Assembly (NCBI RefSeq): GCF_036321535.1
Contig: NC_087436.1
Span: 43,278,001 to 43,342,000, forward strand
Direction: 5' to 3'
From: Camelus dromedarius
Lineage: Eukaryota
DNA: 64,000 nucleotides
Position 1 is the first letter of the stretch. Each line of letters begins with the position of its first letter. Positions 1-12,820 of this stretch are shown here, piece after piece. Made by a program: the position numbers and the translations under genes. The notes beneath the pieces were generated by a model that searched no databases, was not told the DNA's origin, and was given only the letters and a program-made list of their open reading frames with translations.

Positions 1-1562
1 ATTCAAATCCACAAAACAGGATAGAGTATTTTTTTCAATAACTGGCCAGCTTTCTTCTCAATTAATTACAAGGCTGAGGCTCTAAATTAAAAGAATTTTA
101 TGAGAATAAAGTACCTATTGGTGGGACACAACGATCCCACTACAAACCACTACAATATAGTTGCATTTTATTTAAAAAATCACCAAGAATATAATTAAAA
201 ATTTCTATATGAGGGATTAGTTCAGAAACTAAACCATGCATAATATGTAAGTCAAATTCAGGACATACATGTGTCTTCAATTTCTGTAACACTGCCTACT
301 AAAATTAGAGTGGTTATAAAGACACAGATGATGGTTGAAATTCTAATTATAAATGTTCTAAATTTTTAATCTGCCCTCTTTTAAAATGCAATCCAATCGG
401 GACTGCTGTCATATCATGGAATTCATGTCTTTCAACCGTAGGAAATAAAAGATAAGTAACTGTCTTTACACTAATGTTTTGATTTTAGAATTTCTAGCCA
501 AAAATATATTTAATTAGCAACTGAGTATGTTGGGTAATTGTTATCAGAAAAAAACAACTCGGCATCAACTGGACTTAACACCAAAATGTTTTATCTTGTG
601 AATGTGAGCTAACATATAAATTAATCATATTTTAAATGGCAAGTGATAAATAAACCCATTCAATAGGACTCAGCTAACTCCCTGAGAATATACTTTGCAG
701 TTAACCCATTTTGGTGAGTCCTTCAAGTTATGTTTCTAAAATTCAAATTTCCCCCAGGAGCTACACTAATCCTCTTCCCGCTTACCAAAGTCAATTAGCA
801 ATAATGGCCCACATTCCAAAGGATGTTTTGTTGTTAGATATTTTTTCACTTTGTGCAGGTGGGAAGGAGGTAGATATGCAAAACAGGTCACACCTTTTAT
901 GTTTGGGTTCAAATACAGGACAGAGCCTGGTACTTTCCCAGTAGTGCCTCCTATACATACAGTGTTTGAGGCACACAGGTCTTTTTTTGTATCACAGCAT
1001 AAGATACTGTCAGTTTCTGCATTTATTAGAACACTCATCATGAGTGTACTGAGTTCTGACCAAAGAGTGTTCTGAGATAACTTATATTGAACAGAAACAT
1101 GAACTATCCATTCTGCAAGATTAGTATCAGGGTAGATGGTCAGTGACATCACCAAAAAGCAATGTACCTCGGGCATGTTATCTCTATCCACTACAGAAAT
1201 GGCTTCACTGCATCGTGAAATATTACTACACATTTGGTTTTCATATAAAGCAGATATAAGAAATGTCCATTTGAGCAATATTAATGTCCTTATGTCTATT
1301 TTATATGGGATCTCTTGATGAATTATAGTTGAGTTCAATAACAGGAAAAAGTTTAGAATAGGAAAAGCCTCTATGCTTGTTTTCACTAATCTTTAATTTA
1401 GGAAAATTGCATAATTCAATGTGTTTGGCTTTTTTCACTAGTTTACAGGAAACATAGCATAAATTCAGTATCCATCAGAATTAAGTAACACAAGTCCTTA
1501 TTCCTCTCTTCTTTTTACTTCATTTTGCTTTTGTCTTATTTAGTTTCATTTTTAAATACTTC

Positions 1563-1692
1563 TTTTTTGGTGGAGGGAGGCAATTAGGTTTATTAATTTA
1601 TTATTTTTTTTTTTTAATGTAGGTACTGGGGATTGAACCCAGGATCTTGTACATGCTAAGCACACACTCTACCACTGAGCTATATCCTTCCC
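1563..1692 (-). mobile_element. tRNA-derived SINE (Vic-1-like, camelid type)
   Basis: Minus strand GGGAAGGATATAGCTCAGTGGTAGAG (A box) ... CCTGGGTTCAATCCCCAGTACC (B box), A-rich spacer, AACCTAATT motif and A tail. TTTCATTTTT occurs on both sides. Confidence 0.88.
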
Positions 1693-1696
1693 TTTC

Positions 1697-2034
1697 ATTT
1701 TTTTTAAATTTAAGTAGAGTTGATTTACAGTGTTGAGTTAGTTTCTGGTGTACAGCATAGTGACTCAGTTATACATACATATATGTATTCTTTTTCATAT
1801 TCTTTTTCATTATACATTATTATAAGCTACTGAATATAGTTCCCTGTGCTATACAGTAGGACCTTGCTGTTTATCCGGTTTTGTGGAGTTTTTTTTGTAG
1901 CTTTGCTGTATAAGATCTTCTGCCAGAGTTCAGCAGGTATTCTGTGAGAATTTTTCCACATGTCAATATATTTTTGATGTATTTGTGGGAGGAGATGAGC
2001 TCTGCCTCCTTCTATTCTGCCATCTTGAAGCCCC
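1697..2034 (-). mobile_element. Bipartite L1 element: L1 5'UTR start (2034-1875) fused to L1 3' terminus (1874-~1705) plus polyA
   Basis: Minus strand starts GGGGCTTCAAGATGGCAGAATAGAAGG...CCCACAAATACATCAAAAATA, typical of a laurasiatherian L1 5' end. It continues into ATAAACAGCAAGGTCCTACTGTATAGCACAGGGAACTATATTCAG, homologous to the L1 3' ends at ~15737 and ~37826 in this window. Confidence 0.8.
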
Positions 2035-2669
2035 TTCTTGTATCATTTTTAATAATATCAGAATTACAGAACACAAGTGAGTATGTGTATGTATATGTTG
2101 TGCCACCAATACTTTATTGTAAAACATTTTCAGTCCTTTGGTATCTTGAAACAGCACTATGCCAAGTGCTATGCTCACTTAGTTTCATGTACTCCCTGTC
2201 TTGCAGGATTTATAGACAACAACTATACTTTTATTAACGTGGTTGATGGTAATTAGACTGCTCAGTGACTCAAAATACTGACAGATATTTTGGGAAAAAC
2301 TTAGAAAATTTTAAATGATTTAAAAATCAAAAACAAAATGTTAAGAGAAAAATCCAAGAATTAATTAAACCTGAAAAACAGTATGCAAAGCAGAGAATTA
2401 ATATACTCAGTGTGCTTGAGAATAAAAGTCATTGGTATTATAATTCTACTGAAGCAAATCTGGAGGAAAACAGATAAATAGGCAGTAAAAAGAATTTAGA
2501 TGAAGCAATGAAAGTGAACCCTTGTCACTGAGTTAAAGAAGATTTGGAAATCTTTCCTTTTACAGTTGTTAAAAGGTTGAATGTTTCTTATTTCTATGCA
2601 ACTGACTGAATGTGTCTGGGGAGAGGGTTTCGTTTTTCTTTCTTCCCTTCTTTTTTATCTTTTATCTTG

Positions 2670-2699
2670 CTTCTTCTTCTTCTTCTTCTTCTTTTTTTT
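2670..2699. repeat. (CTT)n / polyT tract
   Basis: Directly visible. Confidence 0.9.
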
Positions 2700-2936
2700 G
2701 TGAAGGCAGTGTGGTCACCTGGAGGCATAATAATGTGGTGTTGGGAATGATAAGAAATGCAAACTTGTCCTTGCTCAGCTACTAACCAGAAGTGTGGATC
2801 TGGGCAAATCACCTAACCTCTCTGTCCTCTAATGGTCTTATCTGTGAAGAATAACGATGATGATGAAAAATGATGACGATGACAATAAACAAACATTTAT
2901 GAGCACCAGTTATGTGCTAAAGTCACTGCTTTAGCC

Positions 2937-4510
2937 TTTTTTGAGAGGATGGGGGGCAATGAATGTAAATTTACTAGAACTGTTTTGGGGAGGATGGGTG
3001 AAGGGACAGTTGTGAGTTTTCCACACAGAACTGCAGAGAGAAGCCAGTGCCCAGCCAAGAGGGAGTGGGTGTCTGGCCACAGATCCTATCTCTGGCCCAG
3101 TGTCTTCTCCTTCTGCTTCTTACACGCAATGTCCAGATTCCAGTCCTTGCACGGATGCTGATGCAGCTGGGTGGGGCGCAAGCCTACATACTTCACATTT
3201 ATTTCACACAGGGTGTGAACACTGTCACTGGGGTCCTTAAAGCTAAGGAAGTCATAGCCCTTAGTCTTGACCATGCACTTGTCAGGGATCACGTTAGCCT
3301 CATGCAAGGATGGGAAGGGGCTAAAGGTGAGTTCCAAGATGTCAGTTCCTCTTCGTTGCCAGATCCCCACAGGAGATCTGAAGTCATCTGCATCCCACTC
3401 CAGCAGGCTGATGTCCTCCCGGCTGCTCCCAGTTGCCACTGGAATGTTATGTTTCAATTTATCCAGCTTTACTTCCTTCTATCCTCACCCCAGGGCTCTG
3501 GGATCTAGAGAGCTGTGAGGCCAGGGCAGGGGGTCTGGGACCACAAACACTGGGACCAGGAGTTCAGGAATGCACAGTAGGCCTGGCAGACTGCTTCTAG
3601 CAGGAGGGACAGGGACTCAGGCAAAGCCATGGTCAGAGCCAGTGGTAGCCAGGATCCAAAGTCTGCAGGACTAGCTAGGGTGGCTTCTGCCCCTGCAGCC
3701 ACCAATGTACCAGGCTCCTCCAGCCCAGCTGCTGCCACCACCACTGCCTCCTCCTTCTCTTGCAGAATCAGTCCCAGCTCTCAACACCCAGCTCTTGGGT
3801 TGTTGCTGGGTCTTCTAGAGGAGGCCTCAGGGCAGCCATGGAGCCCAGAGAAGGGTCCCAGCACCCCGAGCCATCAGTGGCAGCATTAGAGGTGGCCCAG
3901 GGGTTGGTCCAAGCAGAAAAGGGGCCCATGAGGGCCTGGTGAGGGGGCCACAGGGCCATGGGGTGAGGACCACCTGCTGCAGAGGAAAGAGCAGAATGTG
4001 CTCTCTGTAGCACATGGAAGACTAAGGCTGGATGTGAAGTAGGACCCCTCTGGGGGGCCACAGCTGCTCTGGCAGGAATGTGGCTTCTCAAGCCTCTAGA
4101 CTGTCTAGGTGACTCCAATCACCAAATGCACCTGAGTCCACAAAAGGAGGGTCACCTATCTTGGGAGGAACCCCTGTGGCTGCAGCAGCTGTGTGGGTCT
4201 AGAGAGTCTGTTTGACCTGCTGGTGTTGGCTATAATCATTGGGCAGATCACAGGAACTGCTGGGATCACAGCAGCGACTCTACTGTGGGGACTGTGGGCA
4301 CCATGGGTGCCGCAGGCATACCAGTTGGAATTCTGGTTATGAGAGCCCCAAAACTTCCTGCTCAAACAGGGCCATCTCTGCCTCCATCTCTTTCAAGCAC
4401 TCCTTGCTGCCCTTGCCCGAGTGCCGGGGCCAGGGCCCAGGACCACGGGTCCTCTCGAACCCGGGAATCCCAGAGCTGTCCTGCCAGCTGCTGCCATTGC
4501 TGTGGCAGCA
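2937..4510 (-). pseudogene. RBM42: Processed pseudogene of RNA-binding motif protein 42
   Basis: Frame-shifted ORF pieces match RBM42 end to end with no introns: LKEMEAEMALFEQEVLG, RAAVAPQR..HVLQRA.SALSSAA, GSMAALRPPLE, VVAAAGLEE, SLLEWDADDFR, KTKGY.F.SFKDPSD, KKQKEK (RRM C-terminus). ATG at 4497-4495, stop near 3086, then 3'UTR-like sequence, a degenerate polyA signal (AGTAAA, ~2970-2975) and an A6 remnant (2937-2942). Confidence 0.93.
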
Positions 4511-7500
4511 ACCTGAATAGTAACCAACCAAAGCAGGCTACTATTGATAAGTCTTTGATATTCGCTTTATGTAAATTAATGTTAATAAAATAATATGAAC
4601 TTGAGTCTTTTGAAACAACCAACAAATATTTATTGAGCTGGCTTATTGGAAACAAAGTATTGATTGGGCCTGTACATCTGTGAGTCCCAGGCAAGATGTC
4701 ACCCTGACCTACAATTTTTAGAATAATGCTATTTCTATATAGTATCATTAAAATGACTAAATATACCACATAGTTTAAAAAAATAAGGTCTTAATACAAC
4801 TTTAAAACAGCCATGTGCACATTATCCACCTTGAGGGGCAGAGATATCTTTTTTGTTTAGCACTCTTATTAAATTTTTATAAAATAATATTATAACATTT
4901 TGTTTACCATCAAATTTTACAATAAGGTTTGTTCTCCATTTCTCGTGCTGATTTTATGAGATATTTTGTCCATTGATTGCTCTTCTATGATCATATAAAA
5001 CCAGTGGATTAAACCTCAGGTAGAACAGATAGTCAATAAAAACCTGACAGAACCATTTGAGCACTAGTTACATTTCTGGCACATATGGAAAAGGTGTGGA
5101 TTAGTCCCGCTGGAAAAGTTGAGGAACAGATTATAAAAGATACAGCTAAACACCCATGGAGGTTAAATGATTGCACCAAAATGCATTAAACTGTTTTGCA
5201 TCTTAGGACAAATCTATAACTAATATACACGTGCCAGTTAATCAGTAAGCTCAGCTCTAGGTGTGAGGTTCTAACAAATTCACATACATTCCTAACTCTC
5301 TCCTTCTGTTTTCTATCACAGAGATTTGGTTAAAGATGAGGAATTGAATGGAGTATTTTTGAGTCTAATATATAATGTTTACCTGGGTTGGGAATATTAT
5401 TAATTTGTGCAGACATGATTATTTTAAAAAGAATTTTGAATTCTAATGAAAGCTAAAAAGCAAACAGGAACCTGGTCCACTCATAGTCATTCTATCAACA
5501 ATTCAAAAAGCTGCTATTTTACTACTGAGTTTTAACTCTCTTAATTTAAATGTCACTTTCACATGGTCTCCTTTCTTTGATTAAGTTAATTTTATGAGAA
5601 ATGATAGATACAATTATTTCTTTAGCATTTGACTTAACATGTGCTAAAGCAAAACATCCGATTTAGCATGAAGCTCAAAGACAGCAAACTATTTGAGCTA
5701 CTTACCATAAATAGTCATGGTTTAAAGAGATTTAAACATTAAATTTAAAAGTCAGCAGCAAATTATTTAAATAATAACTGAAACTTATTAGAGTTTATTC
5801 TCATGTCAGGCTTGGTTCTAAGTTTTTAATTGCATTAACTCATTTAACTCTGAATCGAACATTATGAGTTAGGAGCTACTCAGTGATTCTAGCTCACAAG
5901 CTGCACTCTTAACCCCTACAGTTAAAAAAATAAAAAAGCTATGGACCCTGTATTATAATCCTATTTCACTTTCTTTAGACTTCAGTTTCTCATTAACTCT
6001 ATTTGATATTCTTCAGAATAAAAATATCCCCATCTCTCATAATAAGTCAGCAATTAAGGAGAAAATTATTTGCCTTAGTCTTCTAGACATATAATCTCTA
6101 AATGTATCAAAATTAGAAAGGAATTCTATAATGAATTCTAGAATGTTATAGTATCATATCCATGCCAAGCTTAGCTGTTTTAATTTAAAGTAAAAATGGA
6201 GGAAAAGGGTTTGGTTGTTGATCCCTTAAGTTACTTACAGTAATAAAATTCTGTGGCTCTTAGCTGACAAGTAATGAGAGTATAATTTCCAGAAGATTTA
6301 AAGAAAACATCTACGAGACTGTCTTCTCTTTGTATATTTATCACTGGCTCATTTCACATTTACATCAACTCATCTTAAAAGAGGGCATTAAAATCATGGA
6401 TTTTCTCCTTCCAATACAGAATTTATCAAGATCATCAAGCAGGGGAAGGAGTGTGTATCAGAATCAACCAGTAACCTTTTTTAAAAAAATGAAATGAGAA
6501 AATTCCCTAGTGGGGCAGCCTGAAGTGGATATGTGGGCCAAGAGTGAGACTGAAGTGAGAGAGAGATGGATGGGTGGGGTCTCAAAGGGGGGGAAGCAAG
6601 AAGGGAGAATGGAACCTAAAAAGGTTCTAGACCTTATCCCAGTATGTGCTGTGTCCTCTGACCCATAATGTGGCACAAGAGAGGAAACAGTTTTGGATGA
6701 AATATTATGTTCAGATAAAAACATGGTACAGAGTTTTAAATGAATATAGATTAGAGAAAGCTTAAATTCAATAAATAATAACTGAATATCAAAAAATAAC
6801 TGAATATCAATTATTCACCTATTAAAACTTTTTTGAACTTTTATTGTATGCCAAACATTGTGCTAGGAACCAAGTACATTTCAAGGTACTCATACAAAAA
6901 TCTTGTCATGTTATTAGAGAATTACAATGACTTCTAATCTCCCCTCCCCCCTACACACACTTTTAACAATTTTAATTAAAAATAAGCCAAATTTGGCTTG
7001 CTGGAGTCTAAAAGAACATGGGAAGAGTGAGGAGGAAGCCATCAAACAACAAAAGTTAGCTTATAGGAGTCTTCCAAGTACCACACCAACACTCTGCTCA
7101 CCATCATTATAAAATAATTCCTGGAAATTGCATTCGGTATCAATTTCAGGTTTGTCTGATACACAAGCTGGTTTAGTCACTTTATCCTCTGAACGGTCAC
7201 AAAATTTGTTTCTTTCCACAACTGATTGTGCTTTGTGTTTCCTGTTTATCTTCCCCACAAGGCCTCCCATGAAGAAAAGTCAAATCTATTCACCTTTGTA
7301 ACCTCTACCCCTAACACAGTGCCTAGCACAAGAGGAAGATACTTCAGGCAATATTCCTACAATGGACGAGCTAATGAATAGTACATACCACGCAGAGGCA
7401 CACGGGAGTTTGCTTACTTCCTCCAGTCACTGTACATTTTGTCAGTAAATGTGGTCAGTGCATGGACAAGTCAGGCACAAATACACCCATCTCTGGCCTT

Positions 7501-8547
7501 TGGAAACACAGTCAGGAAAAGTGCGCTCTCTGAGGCTGAAGCTGGTTAACATTAGCATGTATAAGAGCAAATAAGTCCCTAAGAGAAACACTTAATCTAA
7601 AGTAGCCTTTCTCAGCCTAGAATCCTTGGATGTGTTTGTTCTTAAGGATCTCAGAACTCTCTGAGAATTTTTTCAATTTAATATTTTCATTTAATTGCCA
7701 ATCTTAAAAAAATTAAGAGAAGTATATTCTGGATCATCTGGATAATCACATTTAATTAAATATAATATAGCAATTTCTTGTTCTTGCATTCTTGATTGCT
7801 GTGTTCTTGATTGATTCAGAGGGATCATTTCAAGGAACATACATTTTAATGCAGTATTTCTCAAACTGAAATGTATAGATGTGTTCTCAGGGGCCCCAAA
7901 AAAGTCTCCTTCTCACAGTAGAAGAAATACTGCCTCAAGAGATGGCTGTAAACATAACCTGATAAAACTTGGGTCTTTTCCATCTAGAAAGCAGAATAGA
8001 TGTCTGAGAAGGCATGACTAGAACCTTCCTAAGTATTAGAAGCTTTATTACTTCCCACAGAATTACAAACTGTCTTAAAGAAATAATAATAATTTTGATT
8101 ACATTGTAAGGAATAAACTCATTAGTATTTATCCAGAATTTTTCCATCCAGCTACTCTAGTTTGAGTGACATCACCAGTTATGGCCAGCCCCAATTTTTG
8201 TTAATTAACTTCTATCCAACTGCAGCTGTCAGAGCCATAAGTTGGTCTCCTGAATTAGTATGTGCAGCACACTGGGTGTTCTCACCCACTTAATGTCATA
8301 TCATTTGAGCCCAAAGTCTGTAGCCCCTGATCATGTCCATCTTAATGGACAATCAATCACCTCTTAATACAGAACTGCTTAATTCTCTTCTATACGTCCA
8401 CTTCCTTCATTTCTAAGAATCTGAATAAGTTATCATCTGAAACAAGGCTTCCTTTTTTTTTTTTCCTTTCTCTTTATTCCAAAAGAGAGAAGGCCTTGAA
8501 AAGACTAGAGACCCTAGGATTTGGGGTTACTTGTTTACGATCATCAA

Positions 8548-8549
<2 letters not shown>

Positions 8550-8595
<46 letters not shown>

Positions 8596-8600
8596 CACAC
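8550..8600. repeat. (CA)n microsatellite
   Basis: Directly visible, with one AA interruption. Confidence 0.97.
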
Positions 8601-11091
8601 AAAGAGAAAGAGAAATTTATGACAGTAGGGAGGAAAGGAGAAAGGACTGGAAACTTCTATAGAAGAAAAGAAAAAGACTGTTTAGAGGAAGTGATCAGCA
8701 AAGGAAGAGAACGTTAGACTAGGAGCAAGCAAAATCTCAGCTACTGCAAAGGGGCTGGATGGTTTTTAACGGCACAAAGGAAATAACCAAGCAGAAAAAT
8801 GACTGTGCAAGAATGGCATCTACATCCCACCTCACACTTCAGCTGTGTTTGGCTGACTGCGTATCTGAAGAGCTGTGTTGAATACACGTTTGGATCAAGA
8901 TTTTCCCTCTGTCGACCCTCCACAGCAGAAGCCAAGGTAGGACTCCACGTCTATGGCTCTTGTCTAGACTCCCCTGCCCCATTTCCTTCTCCAAATGACT
9001 CCCACAATTCACCATCACTGTCTAGTTGGACTAAACTTCTCATTCCCTGTATCCCTGCTTGTGCCAGCCACCAAGTCACTCTTCATCCCTCCAAATGCAA
9101 CCCCTGTATGCCTTGCTGTCCCCTTTTCTGACTCTGTCTCTGATCATTTTCCATTTTCTGAAGGTTGTCTAGAACACATGAATGTGGTTATCAGCAGCGT
9201 GTCTGTATCCTAAATCTTTTCTCTGAACATTTCTCTTAGCCTTTTTATTTTAAAAGAAACCTGAAGCCACTTCTTCCCTGAAGCCTACTCTAGGGATAGT
9301 ATTTAGCTCCCCACACTGCCCCAGGTGACCACTGGCCATGGTGGAGCTGTGCTGATGCTCCTCGATCCTCTTTGTTCTTTGAAACTATTTTTCCTCCTCC
9401 TTTTACATAAACCTCCAGATGCCATCAGCCTGTATCTTTTTGATCCCATCCTCATCTGTTGAAGAATGTAGCTACTAGTTCATTGCCACTTTCTCCAACA
9501 TGGATGAAAGTGGTTTTTCCAAAACTCTAGACTTTCAGGTTCCTGACTTCTCTGCCAATGATTCTTCCTTCTCCCTGCCTCATCTACTCACTTCCATGGT
9601 CATTTCCTATTTCTTGAAATAGCCTATGAGTGCTCTAGTGCCGCCTTCGGCTCTCCCCTGACCTCCTGCTTCTTCCCCCTCCCTCATTCTACTCCGGCTA
9701 CACTGGTCTCAGATCCACCAGGCATGTGCCCTCCTTGGGGCTTCTCCCAATCAGGGCTTCCTCTAAAAGGGACTCCCTCCAAACAGCACAGAGCTTCCTT
9801 GTCCAACTCCTCCGGGTCTTCTTCCGACCATCCTTCCTCCTGTGACACGCTGCTCCCTTTCCGCTCCCCCTCCTCCTCCCCAACAGTGTCTCTCACTGTC
9901 ATTTACCATCATCTCTCTTCCCACGTATTTTCTTTTTTCCTTGGTGATCGGCTCCCTCCTCTCAGGTTGCAGACTGTGAGCTATATGAGAGCAGGGTTTT
10001 GTCTCTCTCTTCACTGCACCTAGGACAGTGCCTGCATGTAGGAAACTTACAGCACATGCTTGACTAAACAGAGGAGCAGAGGGTGAGCGTGTGTTCAGAG
10101 TGGCAGAAAGACTGCTTGATGGTAACATCTGAGGTTGAGTGGCTGCCTAAGAGCTGTTTTAAAATCTACATCTTTTAGTCATTGAAAGAGAGCATTCAGG
10201 ATAATTCTTAGACTATAAATTGTTCTGTTCAATCTAAATCACTTCAGCAGAGTATTTAAGGAGACAGTCACAGAAATAATTTGCATGAAGTTACCCTTGG
10301 CATTTTTTAAATGAAATAAGAGTTACATATCGAACATCTTCGCAAATTTATGTTGTTACAAAGAGAGGCAAAATTTTTTAGACCTAGGGACAAGTAGTTG
10401 ATGAAAAGTCTCTGCTGGAATTATTTTACATTGAAGGACTATCAACATTGAAACTGAAAATTCTGGGTGCTCAAAATATTTGGCAGACATCATTCAAATC
10501 CAGTCTGAATCAGCATTACTTAGTATAGAGCAAGAATTGGCATTAATGTATTGAAGAAAATCAGAGAATAATGCAAAATCCAAAAACAAAAGGACACACA
10601 CAAACAGAACTAGACAGACATGCCACCTTTTGCTGCTTCTAAATGAGGGGTCAAAATAAACCCATTGATGTATAGTTAGATTATTTGCACATATATTTGT
10701 ACCGCATTTAACTTGTTAGAAAACGATACATAGTTCCTTTCATATTCCATTCATTCAATACCCAGCTATTCATTTTTGTTGCCTTTATAAAGTCCCAGGC
10801 TAATAAAATTGTTTTGGCATTTTAAAAGAGAGGTCCAGACCAGATAGATCCAAATGATATTTGTAAAAAAGATTTTAGTTCCAGAAAAAGATTTTAATTT
10901 AAAGTAATTCAGATAAACAGTAACTGTTATCAAATTGCTACTAAATGTGATCTTTCCTATTTGGTGACACAGGCTATGACAATACCTTTTATATTCTGTC
11001 CTGCCTGTGAGAACCAGCACCACTTTTGCTAAAGCTTAAGTGGAGAATCAATATAAAAAGATGACCTCATTATAATTAAGGACTACCAGTT

Positions 11092-11290
11092 GCTAACATT
11101 TATTGAATGCTTGTTCTGCTGAGCATTTTGCAAACATCTCATTTAATTATCACAACCATGCTATGACTTCAGTGTTGTTATGATCACTGTTTTGCAATTA
11201 AGAAAACAGTTGAGTTCTGGAGAAGTTGATTGCCCAGGGTCACATAGCTGGTAAGTGAATAAAATGAGAATTTAGATTCCAGCACCCACA
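11092..11290 (-). mobile_element. MIR SINE
   Basis: GCTAACATTTATTGAATGCTT...ATCTCATTTAATT..CACAAC...GAAAACAG...TTGCCCAGGGTCACATAGCTGGTAAGTG. Confidence 0.7.
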
Positions 11291-12619
11291 TTTTTAATGT
11301 GATTTCCAGAAAGGCTTTGTGGTCTGAGTCATAACTATGGGAGCATATGATACACTGTTGAGTGTACCTTCTTGTTGGTAAAGGTCTGGTATTTTAGGAA
11401 CACTAACATTATTTTGAAAATGGTGCTTTGACCTTGCCCTTCTGTTTTTGAGAAAGGAAACATAGGAACTAACTGATATTTTTGCACCTTTTCAGTTCAC
11501 TGGTTAAAAAGGTCAAGACCAAAAATCAGAGCACTTTAAGAACTATTAGCCTTTAGTATAATATCTGGGATTATGTCCAATAAAAGATAAATGATGTCCT
11601 TCATTCTGAAGTCACTGCAGTGTAACCAATAAATTTTGTACATAGTGCAAGTATCCGAACCTTCAGACAATTTTATTGACTTATAACTGGCTATAAGTTT
11701 TTATGAAATGGTGACAGAGACTATTTTTAATATCTGGATGTTAACCTTGCTTATAATATTATGATCTTAGGAACAACTGCTAAATAAAAAAGCATAAGTA
11801 TACCCGAGTTTCAAGAATAGAGAGCAAATGATAAGATTTATTCTCTTTCCTGAATGTGTAAGAGATAAAAAGATAAATACATGACCAGTTTAACCTTCTA
11901 AGAAAAATAAGTTAACAGATTTATAACTATTTGGAAAAGAAAAATTAAAACTCAAAGTTTTTAAAAAATAATATTGTCTTATGCAAAATTTATGAATTTC
12001 TCCCATATCCTTTAAATGATTAGAAGCCAAATGGTATTTTTTTTAACAAATTTCCAAATTCTCATGGTAGTTTTGGGACCAATTTTATAAAGAAAAAATT
12101 TTTCATCCAAGTTTCAGTTTAAGGAATCTCAGCACGCCAACACTGGCGATATTTTTGGAAAGTTGGTGCAGCCCAGATTGCTTTCCATTGAGAAATACAA
12201 CAGGGTACAGAAAGTCCTGGTTTCTATGTTACATGTCAGAATGCTCCCCAGAAACTCAAGCTTAGAAGCAAAAGAGAGAATACTGTTTCTTCTCTTCTTT
12301 CATACACCATACTAGCTTTGAGTTTTATGTATTTAGAAACAGCAATACTTTGGCTGAAGAGTTGCCTCTTTTGCCCTCCTGGGTGTTTGGAAATTATTTT
12401 CTATTTTATTTAGTTCATTGAGTTTTAGTAGTAATCCTAGTGGTGGTGCTCTTTGACTTAAAAATTCCTTTAACTACATGTTACGTTAATCTGAGGATGA
12501 CTGAAGTTCTTTTATATATTTGCGATGGCAGATTAACAATAAGGTTTCAGCTTCAAAATAAAGGATACCACCATTGTAAATTTTGAAAGGCAGATTCAAA
12601 CATCACAGGAAGAAATCCT

Positions 12620-12820
12620 GTAGTAGAAAAGACCTGTACGTGAGAGACGGATCTGTGACCCTGGGGACATCACTTAACCACTTGTGGGCTCAGTGCCTGC
12701 ATTTGTAAACTCAGGCAAATGCCCACCTCATAACATTTGTCTCTGTTGATTGATGAAACATCACACATAAAGCCCCCAGCACAAAGCCTGATAGATAGTG
12801 GCTCATTAGTTAACATTAGT
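12620..12820 (+). mobile_element. MIR SINE
   Basis: TGTGACCCTGGGGACATCACTTAACC...CTCAGT...ATTTGTAAA...CCCACCTCATA...AGCACAAAGCCTG core. Confidence 0.65.

Noticed and set aside
3047..4593. Cluster of plus-strand ORFs
   Set aside because: They are antisense shadows of the GC-rich RBM42 pseudogene.
9684..10128. Overlapping ORFs on both strands
   Set aside because: Pyrimidine-rich low-complexity and L2-like sequence with no protein similarity.
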